A stretch of DNA of 32,562 nucleotides from Verrucomicrobiia bacterium (lineage in GTDB: Bacteria > Verrucomicrobiota > Verrucomicrobiia > Limisphaerales > JACQFS01): the NCBI GenBank assembly GCA_036522715.1, contig DATDFH010000421.1:1-32562 (forward strand). The letters run 5' to 3'. The notes under the pieces are model-generated. The model was not told the DNA's origin and ran no database searches. It saw only the letters and a program-made list of their open reading frames with translations. The position numbers and the translations under genes were made by a program. Shown here piece by piece: positions 24,501 through 31,559 of this stretch; the stretch's first letter is position 1; each line of letters begins with the position of its first letter.

Positions 24501-25646
24501 CTCGCGCCGAGCGGTTCGGCCACGAAGTGGAATGATTACCGACGACCGCAAGGCGACATGCCGGACTCGTTCACAATTCCGGCGGGCCAGAGTTCCGTCA
24601 CGATCACGGTCATCGCCGTGGATGACACCGAAGTGGAAGGGACGGAGACCGCGACGCTCACGATCCAGGCCGATGCCGCCTACAACCTCGGCTCGCCGGG
24701 CAGCGTGACGCTCACCATCTACGACAACGACGGAGCCGTGACGCTCCCGACCGTGGCCGTGGCGGCGACGGATGCGAACGCGTCTGAAGCCGGCGCCGAC
24801 CCGGGCGTGTTCACCATCACCCGCGGCGGCAGCACCACGGCGGCGTTGACCGTGAACTACACCCTCGGCGGCACCGCGGGCAACGGGACGGACTACAGCA
24901 CGCTCAGCGGCTCGGTGACGATTCCCGCGGGCGCGGCCTCGGCCACCGTCACAGTGACGCCGATCGACGACGCGCTCGTGGAAGGTTCTGAAACGGTTGT
25001 GCTGACACTGGCGAACAACGCGTCTTACACCGTGGGCACGCCGTCCAGCGCAACCGTCACGATCGCAGACAACGACTCGGTGCCGACGCTGCCGGTGGTC
25101 ACGGTGACGGCCACGGACCCCAACGCCTCGCGCGTCGGCCTCGATCCGGGAACGTTTACCTTCACCCGCACAGGCAGCACCACCGCGGCCCTCACGGTGA
25201 ACTTCACCCTCGGCGGTGCGGCGGCCAACGGTGTTGATTACAACGCGCTCGGCACTTCCGTGACGATTCCGGCGGGCGCGGCTTCGGCCACGCTCATCGT
25301 GACACCGAAGGCTTCGACGAGCCTCGTCGGTTCGGAAACCGTCATGCTGGCACTCACGGCCAACGCGGCTTACACAATCGGTTCACCCGCCAGCGCCACC
25401 GTGACTGTCGCGGGCAACAGCGTGCCCGTCTCTTCGATCAAGAAGGTGCCCGGCAATGACATGCAAATCACCTGGGCGAGCACCGTCGGGAAAATCTACC
25501 GCGTGGCCTACAAATCCAACCTCACCGATCCGGCCTGGACGGATCTCAGCGCCAACGTCACTGCCACGAGCACAACGACTTCGTGGACGGACACGACGAG
25601 TGGCGCTTCCAAGCAGCGTTACTATATCGTGTATGTGACGAACTAA
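18519..25646 (+). CDS. Giant (2375 aa) secreted multidomain protein: FN3, gingipain(C25)-like region, FN3, Ig-like, unassigned His-rich domain, 2 Calx-beta, GH9 glycoside hydrolase with N-terminal Ig-like domain, 3 Calx-beta, FYR-type tail
   Basis: The protein has a signal peptide and FN3-like segments (ITLSWP…YTVYRK…YEYQIV; VTLTWTPS…YHVYRG). GH9 hallmarks: YSPAIHVNQEGYVPSLPKKATV (CelD_N-like), LGLYHQRCG, HGGHHDAGDYSKY (DAGD at 22857..22868), DADGGFYF, HDDELAWAACEMFLATGD and NVTTEF. The Calx-beta repeats lie at 21129..21812 and 24387..25418. Confidence 0.9.
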   Translation: MQKVCSAVFGIMLMVSAPIWSRAVEPTWNYAVQVSSAVQSSPPQITLSWPQDTSVTPSSYTVYRKAPSATSWGAGTTLAGTATSYTDTGVTAGTAYEYQIVKNAGTYYGYGYIQTGINVPLVESRGKVVLVVDNTYAANLAAELTRLQQDLAGDGWTVLRHDVGRNDSVASVKNLIKADYNADPANVKSVFLFGHVPVPYSGQLNPDGHPDHVGAWPADAYYGDMDGNWTDSSVNYQQTVNTDPVDRARLSNVPGDGKFDQTTIPSTVELQVGRVDLANMPGRTTYGGPATFASEQELLRQYLNKDHNFRHKLLNPQRRGLVGDYFGTRNGEAFAASGFRSFAPLFGANGIANLNTIYNDQKGKWIPELAATDYLFAYGCGAGSYTTIGGLGSTGLYNDGSTVEMVNNDVRAVFTLFFGSWLGDWDHEDNIMRSILATRTYGLACAWSGRPHWFAHPMGLGETIGYAARLTQNNSGLYQNQINSSANLVHVALMGDPTLRLHPVAPPASLGGTSSGGAVTLTWTPSPDSVAGYHVYRGTSANGPFTRLTGSLLTATSYTDASAPAGATYMVRAVKLENTPSGSYYNASQGYFWSAGGSPPPPSDTTPPTISLSAPANNATVSGSSVSVSASASDNVGVVGVQFKLDGANLSSEDLSAPFSVNWDTTSAANGPHTLTAVARDLAGNQTTATTLNVTVSNAASSTVVWVEDVLPAGAGPGSSGGDSWTWVGSSPAPFSGSLAHQSAIASGAHEHYFNWATTTLPVSAGDALFAYVYLDPANPPGEVMLSWNADNWEHRAYWGANNIAYGTDGTASRRYVGPLPTPGQWVRLEVPASQVGLEGQTLVGMSFSTFDGRATWDYAGKSSQSSPPALPTVTVTATDANASEAGADPGVFTITRTGSNTASLTVNYSLSGTAANGADYNTLGTTVTIPAGAASATVTVTPIDDTAVEGSETVVLTLSANAAYTVGSPSSATVTIADNDSAPTLPTVTVAATDANASETGADPGVFTITRTGSNTASLTVNFALSGSAANGTDYISPGSSVTIPAGNSSATVTVTPIDDSLVEGSETVVLTISANAAYTVGSPNNATVTIADNDSAPPPGTNAPTVSVVDYVNLTMPKVGDCTLHVLSPTTLELRMINLKQPDPATVTNWNFVDASGNFTAPALSQFAVTVNGSPVTATAVGFKRRPFYAPLAVRDLRLENNLILQLASAIPDGAAVEVKNPGGALWPSTMLFSITADPLRYSPAIHVNQEGYVPSLPKKATVGYYLGNLGEMDIAPSLGFKLVDTATGAIVYQGTLSNQLDVGWTYSPTPYQKVCVADFSSFTTPGEYRLLVPGLGASLPFLIDDGIAMAFTRTYALGLYHQRCGTDNALPFTRFTHNACHTAVVDVPSPQANYSFTWNTIAAYANQTNADNPPQVAPALTSEAAQLYPFVNHGQLDAHGGHHDAGDYSKYTINSALLVHSLMFAVDAFPGVAALDNLGIPESGDGVSDLMQEAKWEADYLARIQDADGGFYFITYPRNREYENNVLPDQGDPQVVWPKTTASTAVGVAALAQCASSPKFKAQYPVEAAAYLQKARLGWQFLTNAIALHGKAGAYQKITHYGDVFTHDDELAWAACEMFLATGDQSIHQTLKSWFPNPNDPATYRWGWWRMWESYGCAVRSYAFAARTGRLPASALDAAYLAKCETEVKGAGQDVYQRAHDSAYGTSFPSQTKAVRGGGWYFSSEQTFDITAAYQLDARPEYLDAIICNMNYEAGVNPANASLITGLGWKRQREIVHQYAQNDWRVLPPDGIPLGSVQSYFSWVDKYGSELSTVCYPANDASAAPYPYYDRWGDIYNVTTEFVAVSTARSLASLAYVAALTPAKSQAWTSATAQIILPAQSGTNQPVTATLQAPGVDLSRARIVWEAAGQEPAYGDEYTFTPATSGAQWVEVEIQLADGRRVFGVTNLFTTNALPTVSITSTDATMTEGGTDTASFTLTRTGSTASDLTVTLAPSGSATKWNDYRRPQGDMPDSFTIPAGQSSVTITVIAVDDTEVEGTETATLTIQADAAYNLGSPGSVTLTIYDNDGAVTLPTVAVAATDANASEAGADPGVFTITRGGSTTAALTVNYTLGGTAGNGTDYSTLSGSVTIPAGAASATVTVTPIDDALVEGSETVVLTLANNASYTVGTPSSATVTIADNDSVPTLPVVTVTATDPNASRVGLDPGTFTFTRTGSTTAALTVNFTLGGAAANGVDYNALGTSVTIPAGAASATLIVTPKASTSLVGSETVMLALTANAAYTIGSPASATVTVAGNSVPVSSIKKVPGNDMQITWASTVGKIYRVAYKSNLTDPAWTDLSANVTATSTTTSWTDTTSGASKQRYYIVYVTN
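21129..21812 (+). repeat. Two tandem 342-bp Calx-beta coding repeats inside the giant gene
   Basis: PTVTVTATDANASEAGADPGVFTITRTGSNTASLTVNY… is repeated twice. A 32-nt stretch (21411..21442) is identical to 7676..7707 and 8360..8391 in the subtilase gene. Confidence 0.85.
24387..25418 (+). repeat. Three tandem ~342-bp Calx-beta coding repeats near the 3' end of the giant gene
   Basis: The three units begin LPTVSITSTDATMTEGG…, LPTVAVAATDANASEAG… and LPVVTVTATDPNASRVG…; each ends in a …T(I/V)…DND-like motif. Confidence 0.85.
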
Positions 25647-25753
25647 ACCGGAACCATGCAGTTGAGGAACCCGCACCGTGCGATCGAAGCGTCCCTTCAG
25701 CGACGGGACCGACGAGTGACACAGGGCGGACGCGTGAAAACACTCGCGACCCG

Positions 25754-27304
25754 TCAATGGCGCGGCGGCCATTCTTTCGGCTTGCCGGTTTCGTCCACGA
25801 TCAAAGCCTTCGTGCCGGGCGGCAACACCTGCAGGGTTTTCAAAAACTCGATGATCGAGTCCTTCTCGTAGGGGCTGAGCGCGTCGAACGCTTCGCGGCT
25901 GGGCCTGGCTTCGCCGAAGTGCGCGAGGATGGCCTCCCGCATCGTGGTGAATTGGCCGTGGTGAAAGAACGGCGGCTGGTTGCCGCAGCCCCAAAGTTTC
26001 TTCGTCACGAACCGGCGGTTGCCGGCAAAGAATCCCATCGAACCGTTTGGCTCATTCATGTCGAGCGGTTCGATGTTCGGATCGGCCGGTCCATCACAGA
26101 TGTCATGCAGCTTCAAATCGGTGAAGGCCGGCACGTTGACGATGCCGCGAGCATCGGGTTTGAGGCGCGGTGAAGGCAGGTCATCGGCGATGAGGTTGAC
26201 CGCCACGGGTCTCGCATCTCCCGGTCGGAGGTTGGCCGGCGGATTGTAAGGATTCGGCTCGGAGAACATCCAATCGTCCAGCGGCAGATTTGGCACGTGA
26301 CAGGCCGTGCAGCCGACTGCTTGAAACCGATGTTCGCCAGTCAGCACCGCCGCTTCGATTTCGGGATCGTTCGGAATCACGCGACCGGGCACGGCCATCG
26401 TCGCCTGGAAAAAGACCGCCGCTGTCATGTCCGCGCGCGTCATCTCGTTCACGACTCCGTCTCCGTCGGGGTCGGTGCCGATGCCGAAGCGTTCGGTGGA
26501 TTGGATGCCGTGATGTTGATTGAAGGCGTTGTTGGAAAACTCGCGCAGCGACACTACGCGGCCCGCCTGGTGAAACGGACGGATCACCAGACTTGGCGGC
26601 GTCGCGCCAGAAGTGCCAAGGCTCGTCGCGGGAATGCCCTCGACGCCCGAGGTGTCCCACGTGCCGTCGGCACGACGTGCGATCGTTCCGAATGGAACGC
26701 CTTTCGTGATGAGCGGATGCGACTCGCCCGGGAGCGTCGCGTCCCGAATGGCCTGCAAGTCGCGCGTCATCTGGCGGGCGAGCAGTTCGATGAAGCCCGA
26801 TCCAAACATGCCGATGGTGATGCGCGTGTTGGCGAAGGTCTGTTCCGTCACGGGCCGACCCAGCTCATCGATGGAACTTTTGGTGGGCACGACGGTCATG
26901 CGGTCGAACGTGAGGAAATCAAACCGCTGGCCGAGCACGAACACGTTGGCCACAATGTCGCCGTGGCCGCCGGCCAGCCCGAAAGGTTGGTTATGGCAAC
27001 CGGCACACGAATTGGCGTCGGGCGCGGAGAGGCGGTTGAAGTTGCGCGGGAACACAAGCGGATCGTTCAGGTCCGACAACGGCGCGCCGGTGCCTTTGGT
27101 CAACGGTCGCCCGCCGCCCTCCTGCGCCGTCCAGACAGCGGTGAAAAGTCTTCGCCCGTGCTCGATGAGGGCATTGGGCGGCAGTAGGTACTCCTCGCCG
27201 TCCTGAAGGTGTTTCGGCACCGCGACTTCACGGCCAAGTTCAGCGGCGGGAAGGGGAGTGGCAATGGATGTGAGTAAAAGCAGAGACACGGCTGGAGATT
27301 TCAT
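25754..27304 (-). CDS. Secreted di-haem c-type oxidoreductase/peroxidase-like protein (DUF1111-like)
   Basis: The protein has a signal peptide (MKSPAVSLLLLTSIATPLPAA) and two CxxCH haem-binding motifs (CAGCHNQP and CTACHVP). Its size and layout resemble the DUF1111 di-haem family; this is from memory. Confidence 0.7.
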   Translation of the reverse strand: MKSPAVSLLLLTSIATPLPAAELGREVAVPKHLQDGEEYLLPPNALIEHGRRLFTAVWTAQEGGGRPLTKGTGAPLSDLNDPLVFPRNFNRLSAPDANSCAGCHNQPFGLAGGHGDIVANVFVLGQRFDFLTFDRMTVVPTKSSIDELGRPVTEQTFANTRITIGMFGSGFIELLARQMTRDLQAIRDATLPGESHPLITKGVPFGTIARRADGTWDTSGVEGIPATSLGTSGATPPSLVIRPFHQAGRVVSLREFSNNAFNQHHGIQSTERFGIGTDPDGDGVVNEMTRADMTAAVFFQATMAVPGRVIPNDPEIEAAVLTGEHRFQAVGCTACHVPNLPLDDWMFSEPNPYNPPANLRPGDARPVAVNLIADDLPSPRLKPDARGIVNVPAFTDLKLHDICDGPADPNIEPLDMNEPNGSMGFFAGNRRFVTKKLWGCGNQPPFFHHGQFTTMREAILAHFGEARPSREAFDALSPYEKDSIIEFLKTLQVLPPGTKALIVDETGKPKEWPPRH

Positions 27305-27380
27305 AATCGTTTCCTTCGTTTACGACCCGGAACTTGTCAGAGCGCTTCCGGCATTTGCGGGAGACTCCGGCGCGAAGTTC

Positions 27381-29021
27381 TCAAGGCTTTCGGAGTCGAT
27401 AAAATTTTCTCTCAACGATTGTGTCGTTGGTTGCGGTGTAGTGGTCGCCGACAACCGCGGCGTTCGTTTCGGGCGTCCAGTTCGTTCCAGCCGAAAGTTC
27501 CGGCGCGCTTTCGAGCACGAATCCGGCGACGTTTGTTGACCAGGAGAGAACGATCTGATCGCCAACAATGAAAAGGCCAACGGGTGGAAGCCCGATCTTC
27601 GCGACCAGGATGTCGCCGAAGTTGTCGGCTGTGAGGGCGACACCGTCGAAAGTGGCCACGCCCGCGATGTCGCCTGTGAGGTGCGCATCGCCCTTGGCGT
27701 CCACGGCGATGCCTTTGCCGCCCTGGCTGCCGATTTCGCCCGTCGGCTGCTTCGCCCAGAGCACGTTTCCGGCGCTGTCATATTTGACAGCGAACGGCGT
27801 GGAGGGATTGGTCAGGACGATGCCATCGAAAGTCCCGCCCTGTTGCAGGAACCCCGTTACGTAGGTGCCGCCCGCCGCGTCCACTGCGATGGCAAAGCCG
27901 TAATCGCTCGTGTTGCCTCCACCGGACCTGGCCCAACGCACGTCGCCGGCAGCGTCGTAGCTGGCGACGAACATGTCAGGGCTGAAGGACACGCCAGCAC
28001 TGTGGTTTGTCACCATGACGCTGCCGAAGAAAAGATTGCCCGAGGTAAACGCGCCGGTCACGAAGCTGTTGCCCGCGGCGTCCACCGCGATGCCGTAGCC
28101 GGCGCTGCCGCTGTTGGTGGTGCCGGTCTGCCTGACCCAGAGCACATTGCCGGCGCTGTCGTATTTCGCGATGAAGAAGCCCGGATTCGTCAGCGGGTTC
28201 GTCGGGCCGAAATTTGCGTTAGTCGTGGTGAAGAAGCCCGTCACGTAGCTGTTGCCTGCGGCGTCGGCGGCCACCGCGGTGCCGCGATCCACTCCGAACG
28301 CTTCCCTCGCCCAAAGCGCACTCCCGCCGGAATCGTACTTCGCGAGGAATAGTCCGCCGTTCGTCAGGCTGTCGTTTCCGATGATGACCGGCCCGCGCAC
28401 GAGTCCAGTGACGAAACAGTTGGTCGCCCCATCGAGGGCGATGCCCAGGCCCCGATCATCGACAAACAGAAGACCGCCCGCCCCAGCGGACCTGGCCCAC
28501 TGCGCGTTGCCGGAACTGTCGTATTTGACCACGAAGATGTCGGCTGAAGGGTTGTTGGCGCTGTTGGTCACCGTGAGATCGCCGAACCTCGCGATGGGAT
28601 TGAAAAACTCGCCGGTCACAAAACTGTTGCCATCGGCGTCGGTCGCGATGGCATAACCCTTCGCGCTTCCGATGGCTTGTCTGGCCCAAACGGGTTGGCC
28701 TGCGCTGTCGAATTTGGCGATGAAGAACGGGCCGTTCGTCAGGGTCGTGCTGCCGAACCTGGCGGTTGAAGAATAAAATTCACCGGTAACGTAACTGTTG
28801 CCCTCGGCGTCCACGGCGATGGCATTGCCGAGGTCGGTGGAGTTTCCGCCGCCGCTGCTCGCCCAAAGAAATGGCGGCGTCTCAGCGGAAGCAGCAGGGA
28901 ATCGAACGAGTTCAAGAGCAGCGAACGCGAGGAGAGTCAGAGCGATCAACCGGCGGAGTCGCTTGCGGGCAGGCAGATGCCTCATCGGGTGCGTGCGCAT
29001 ATGCGGTCCTAAACTTCGCAC
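27381..29021 (-). CDS. Secreted SBBP-repeat beta-propeller protein with FYR-type C-terminal tail
   Basis: The signal peptide is RRLIALTLLAFAALELV. There are at least seven ~55-aa repeats with GN(S/C)(Y/F)VTG.F … KYDS.G…WA. The C-terminus is …VLSWSTNVAGFVLES…KFYRLRKP. The start may be an internal Met (for example the ATG at 28985). Confidence 0.8.
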   Translation of the reverse strand: MRSLGPHMRTHPMRHLPARKRLRRLIALTLLAFAALELVRFPAASAETPPFLWASSGGGNSTDLGNAIAVDAEGNSYVTGEFYSSTARFGSTTLTNGPFFIAKFDSAGQPVWARQAIGSAKGYAIATDADGNSFVTGEFFNPIARFGDLTVTNSANNPSADIFVVKYDSSGNAQWARSAGAGGLLFVDDRGLGIALDGATNCFVTGLVRGPVIIGNDSLTNGGLFLAKYDSGGSALWAREAFGVDRGTAVAADAAGNSYVTGFFTTTNANFGPTNPLTNPGFFIAKYDSAGNVLWVRQTGTTNSGSAGYGIAVDAAGNSFVTGAFTSGNLFFGSVMVTNHSAGVSFSPDMFVASYDAAGDVRWARSGGGNTSDYGFAIAVDAAGGTYVTGFLQQGGTFDGIVLTNPSTPFAVKYDSAGNVLWAKQPTGEIGSQGGKGIAVDAKGDAHLTGDIAGVATFDGVALTADNFGDILVAKIGLPPVGLFIVGDQIVLSWSTNVAGFVLESAPELSAGTNWTPETNAAVVGDHYTATNDTIVERKFYRLRKP

Positions 29022-29536
29022 GGTGTGCGTGCGAATTCTCGTCGCAACAGAGCACGCACCATCCGGCTTGTCACGGGGAAACAGGCGCAGGAGTCGAGGC
29101 GAGTGGTCTGGGTCTTCACCCCAAAAGCTGTTGGGGGTTTTACCTACCTAGCGACCGGAGCGCGCCTGGATAAATTCGCGCGCGATTTGTCACGTCGCCA
29201 CAAATAGAGAGAGCGGCGTGGCTCCATAACAACGTGAGAGAAGACGCAATGAAGGCAACTCGTGCGCCCGGGGCCGGAGCCGCATCCGCAAGCGGAAGCA
29301 TTCTTGAAACGGCGGCATCCCCTGGGGGTCGCAAAAGGGTTCGGGGCGGACAAAGAGCGTCAGGCAATGTGCGGAGCGCGCCTGTCGTTGTCTCTGACTA
29401 CCGACGAAGCGCTGAGAATCGTCACGCCTCTCCACCGCGTCGCCACTCGCCTCGGGCGCTCCGAGAAATCCTTCGCAAGCCTTTCCGGAATTTCGGAGGA
29501 GCACTCTGAAGACCCCCCCGAACCAAGAAGACGACC

Positions 29537-31516
29537 ATGAAAACGAAAATAAAACTGACAGGAGTCGAAATGAAACCACACGTAACATTCTTCAAGTTGG
29601 CGACCATCCCGGCCCTAGGGCGTCGTCGGCTGACAGCACTGTTCCGGCGGAATCCATTCTTCGCCGGGTTGTGCGCGCTGATCTGGCTCACGATTCTGCC
29701 GGGCGCATTCGTTCAGGGCCAGGTGATCACCAACAGCCCGCCGGGGTCAGCGGGATTTCGTACCGACCGCATTCTGGTCAAACCCAGCCGGGGCATTCCC
29801 GACCAGGCGTTGAACAATTTCCACGCGACGACGGGCGCGCAGGTCTTGCGACGCTTCCCGCGGATTGAGCGGTGGCAGGTGCTGCAACTGCCGCCGCAGG
29901 CCGCCGTCGATCAGATGCTCGCCCGCTATCGCGAGGCCGGCCTGTTCCAATACGCCGAGCCGGACTACGTGGTGCACGCCCTGATGGAGCCGAATGACTT
30001 CCGTTACTGGGACGGCACGCTGTGGGGCTTGCGCAACACCGGCATCTACGGCGGCATGACGAAGGCCGACATTCACGCTGCGGCGGGCTGGGACATGCAA
30101 ACCGCCGCCAGCAATGTGATCGTCGCCGTGATCGACACCGGTGCGCGCTACACGCACGAGGACCTCGCCGCCAACATGTGGGTGAATCCCGGTGAAACCG
30201 GTCTGGACGCCAGCGGCCACGACAAGGCCACAAACGGCATCGACGATGACGGCGACGGGTTCGTGGACGACGTGTACGGCATCAACGCGATTCTCGGCAC
30301 CGGCGACCCCATCGACGATCACGGGCACGGCACGCACGTGGCTGGCACAATCGGCGCCGTGGGCAACAACAGCGTCGGCGTGGTGGGCGTCGCCTGGCGC
30401 GTGCAATTGATGGCTTGCAAGTTCATCGATCCCCAAGGCCACGGCACAATCTCCGATGCCATCACCTGCATGGATTACGCCCGAAACAAAGGAGCGAAAA
30501 TCGCGAACGCGAGTTGGGGTGATTACAGTTTCACTTCCGTGGCGCTGCGCGACGCGGTCGACAGCCTCCGCGACTCGGGAGTCATTTTCGTGGCCGCGAC
30601 GGGCAACAACAATAACGACAACGACCTCAATCCGCTCTACCCGGCCAGCTACGAGTTTGACAACGTCATCGCGGTCGCAGCCACGGATCGCACGGACGTC
30701 AAAGCCTGGTTCTCGAACTTCGGCAAGAACACCGTCCGACTCGGCGCGCCGGGCCAGGCCATATTCTCCTGCTGGAACGGGTCGGACAGCGATTACCGCT
30801 ACTCCGATGGCACGTCGATGGCAGCGCCGCACGTAGCGGGAGCCTGTGCGCTGGCGTGGGCATATCATCCCAGTGAGACGCATCAGGAGATCATCAATCG
30901 CATTCTTTCTACGACCGAGCTTCTGTCGAGTTTGACGAACACCACCAGCACAGGCGGCCGACTGAGCCTGCCCGCCTCGCTTGCGTTCCAGCAGCCGACT
31001 CCCCCCTCGGACACACTTTGGGTGGACGAATCCGTGCCAGCGGGGTCGATGCTGGGTGCTGACGGCGGCGATGATTGGTATTGGGTCGGAGAGAACCCCA
31101 CGCCGGTTTCAGGCTTGGCCGCGCATCAGTCGGCTGTCGCTCCCGGATTGCACGAACATTACTTCCAGTGGGCCACTGACAAGCTCGAAATCTGCGCTGG
31201 CGACACGCTGTTCGTTTACGTTTACCTGGACCCGGACAATCCGCCCAGCGAAGTGATGGTTTCCTTTAACGATGGCTGCTGGGAGCATCGCGCGTTCTGG
31301 GGGCAGGCCCTTATCCCGTATGGGGCGTACGGAACGAGCAGCATGTATGACATGGGTGATCTGCCGCCAGTCGGAGAATGGGTGCGCCTCGAAGTACCGG
31401 CAAGGATGCTGGGGTTGGAGGGCGGCAAGCTGAGTGGAATCGGCTTCATGTTGTACGACGGCAGCGCCACTTGGGATGCGATGGGCCGTGCTCCCGCCGG
31501 CGGAACAACGCCTTGA
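29537..31516 (+). CDS. Secreted subtilisin-family (S8) serine peptidase, paralog of 5519..9073, with a C-terminal unassigned His-rich domain
   Basis: The I9-like propeptide is FRTDRILVKP…YAEPDYVVHA. The triad motifs are VAVIDTGA, HGHGTHVAGTIG and GTSMAAPHVAG. There is a Ca-binding-type insert, NGIDDDGDGFVDDVYG. The C-terminal ~160 aa (31013..31492) are homologous to 20628..21107 of the giant gene. The start may be the second ATG (MKPHV…, about 29570). Confidence 0.9.
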   Translation: MKTKIKLTGVEMKPHVTFFKLATIPALGRRRLTALFRRNPFFAGLCALIWLTILPGAFVQGQVITNSPPGSAGFRTDRILVKPSRGIPDQALNNFHATTGAQVLRRFPRIERWQVLQLPPQAAVDQMLARYREAGLFQYAEPDYVVHALMEPNDFRYWDGTLWGLRNTGIYGGMTKADIHAAAGWDMQTAASNVIVAVIDTGARYTHEDLAANMWVNPGETGLDASGHDKATNGIDDDGDGFVDDVYGINAILGTGDPIDDHGHGTHVAGTIGAVGNNSVGVVGVAWRVQLMACKFIDPQGHGTISDAITCMDYARNKGAKIANASWGDYSFTSVALRDAVDSLRDSGVIFVAATGNNNNDNDLNPLYPASYEFDNVIAVAATDRTDVKAWFSNFGKNTVRLGAPGQAIFSCWNGSDSDYRYSDGTSMAAPHVAGACALAWAYHPSETHQEIINRILSTTELLSSLTNTTSTGGRLSLPASLAFQQPTPPSDTLWVDESVPAGSMLGADGGDDWYWVGENPTPVSGLAAHQSAVAPGLHEHYFQWATDKLEICAGDTLFVYVYLDPDNPPSEVMVSFNDGCWEHRAFWGQALIPYGAYGTSSMYDMGDLPPVGEWVRLEVPARMLGLEGGKLSGIGFMLYDGSATWDAMGRAPAGGTTP

Positions 31517-31559
31517 AGCGACTTTGCGGAAGACAATAGCGTCGCGCGACAGCCGGACG

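Noticed and set aside
20730-24551. A very long antisense ORF (1273 aa) on the minus strand, opposite the giant GH9 gene.
   Set aside because: The translation is Arg/Gly/Ala/Val-rich low complexity with no recognisable motifs. The plus-strand frame carries strong GH9 and Calx-beta signatures. Long stop-free antisense frames are expected in GC-rich coding DNA.
14095-25646. I looked for an exosortase/PEP-CTERM system, because EPS export genes and many secreted repeat proteins are present.
   Set aside because: None of the secreted proteins in the window ends in a PEP-motif, TM helix and Arg-rich tail. No exosortase-like polytopic protein is present.
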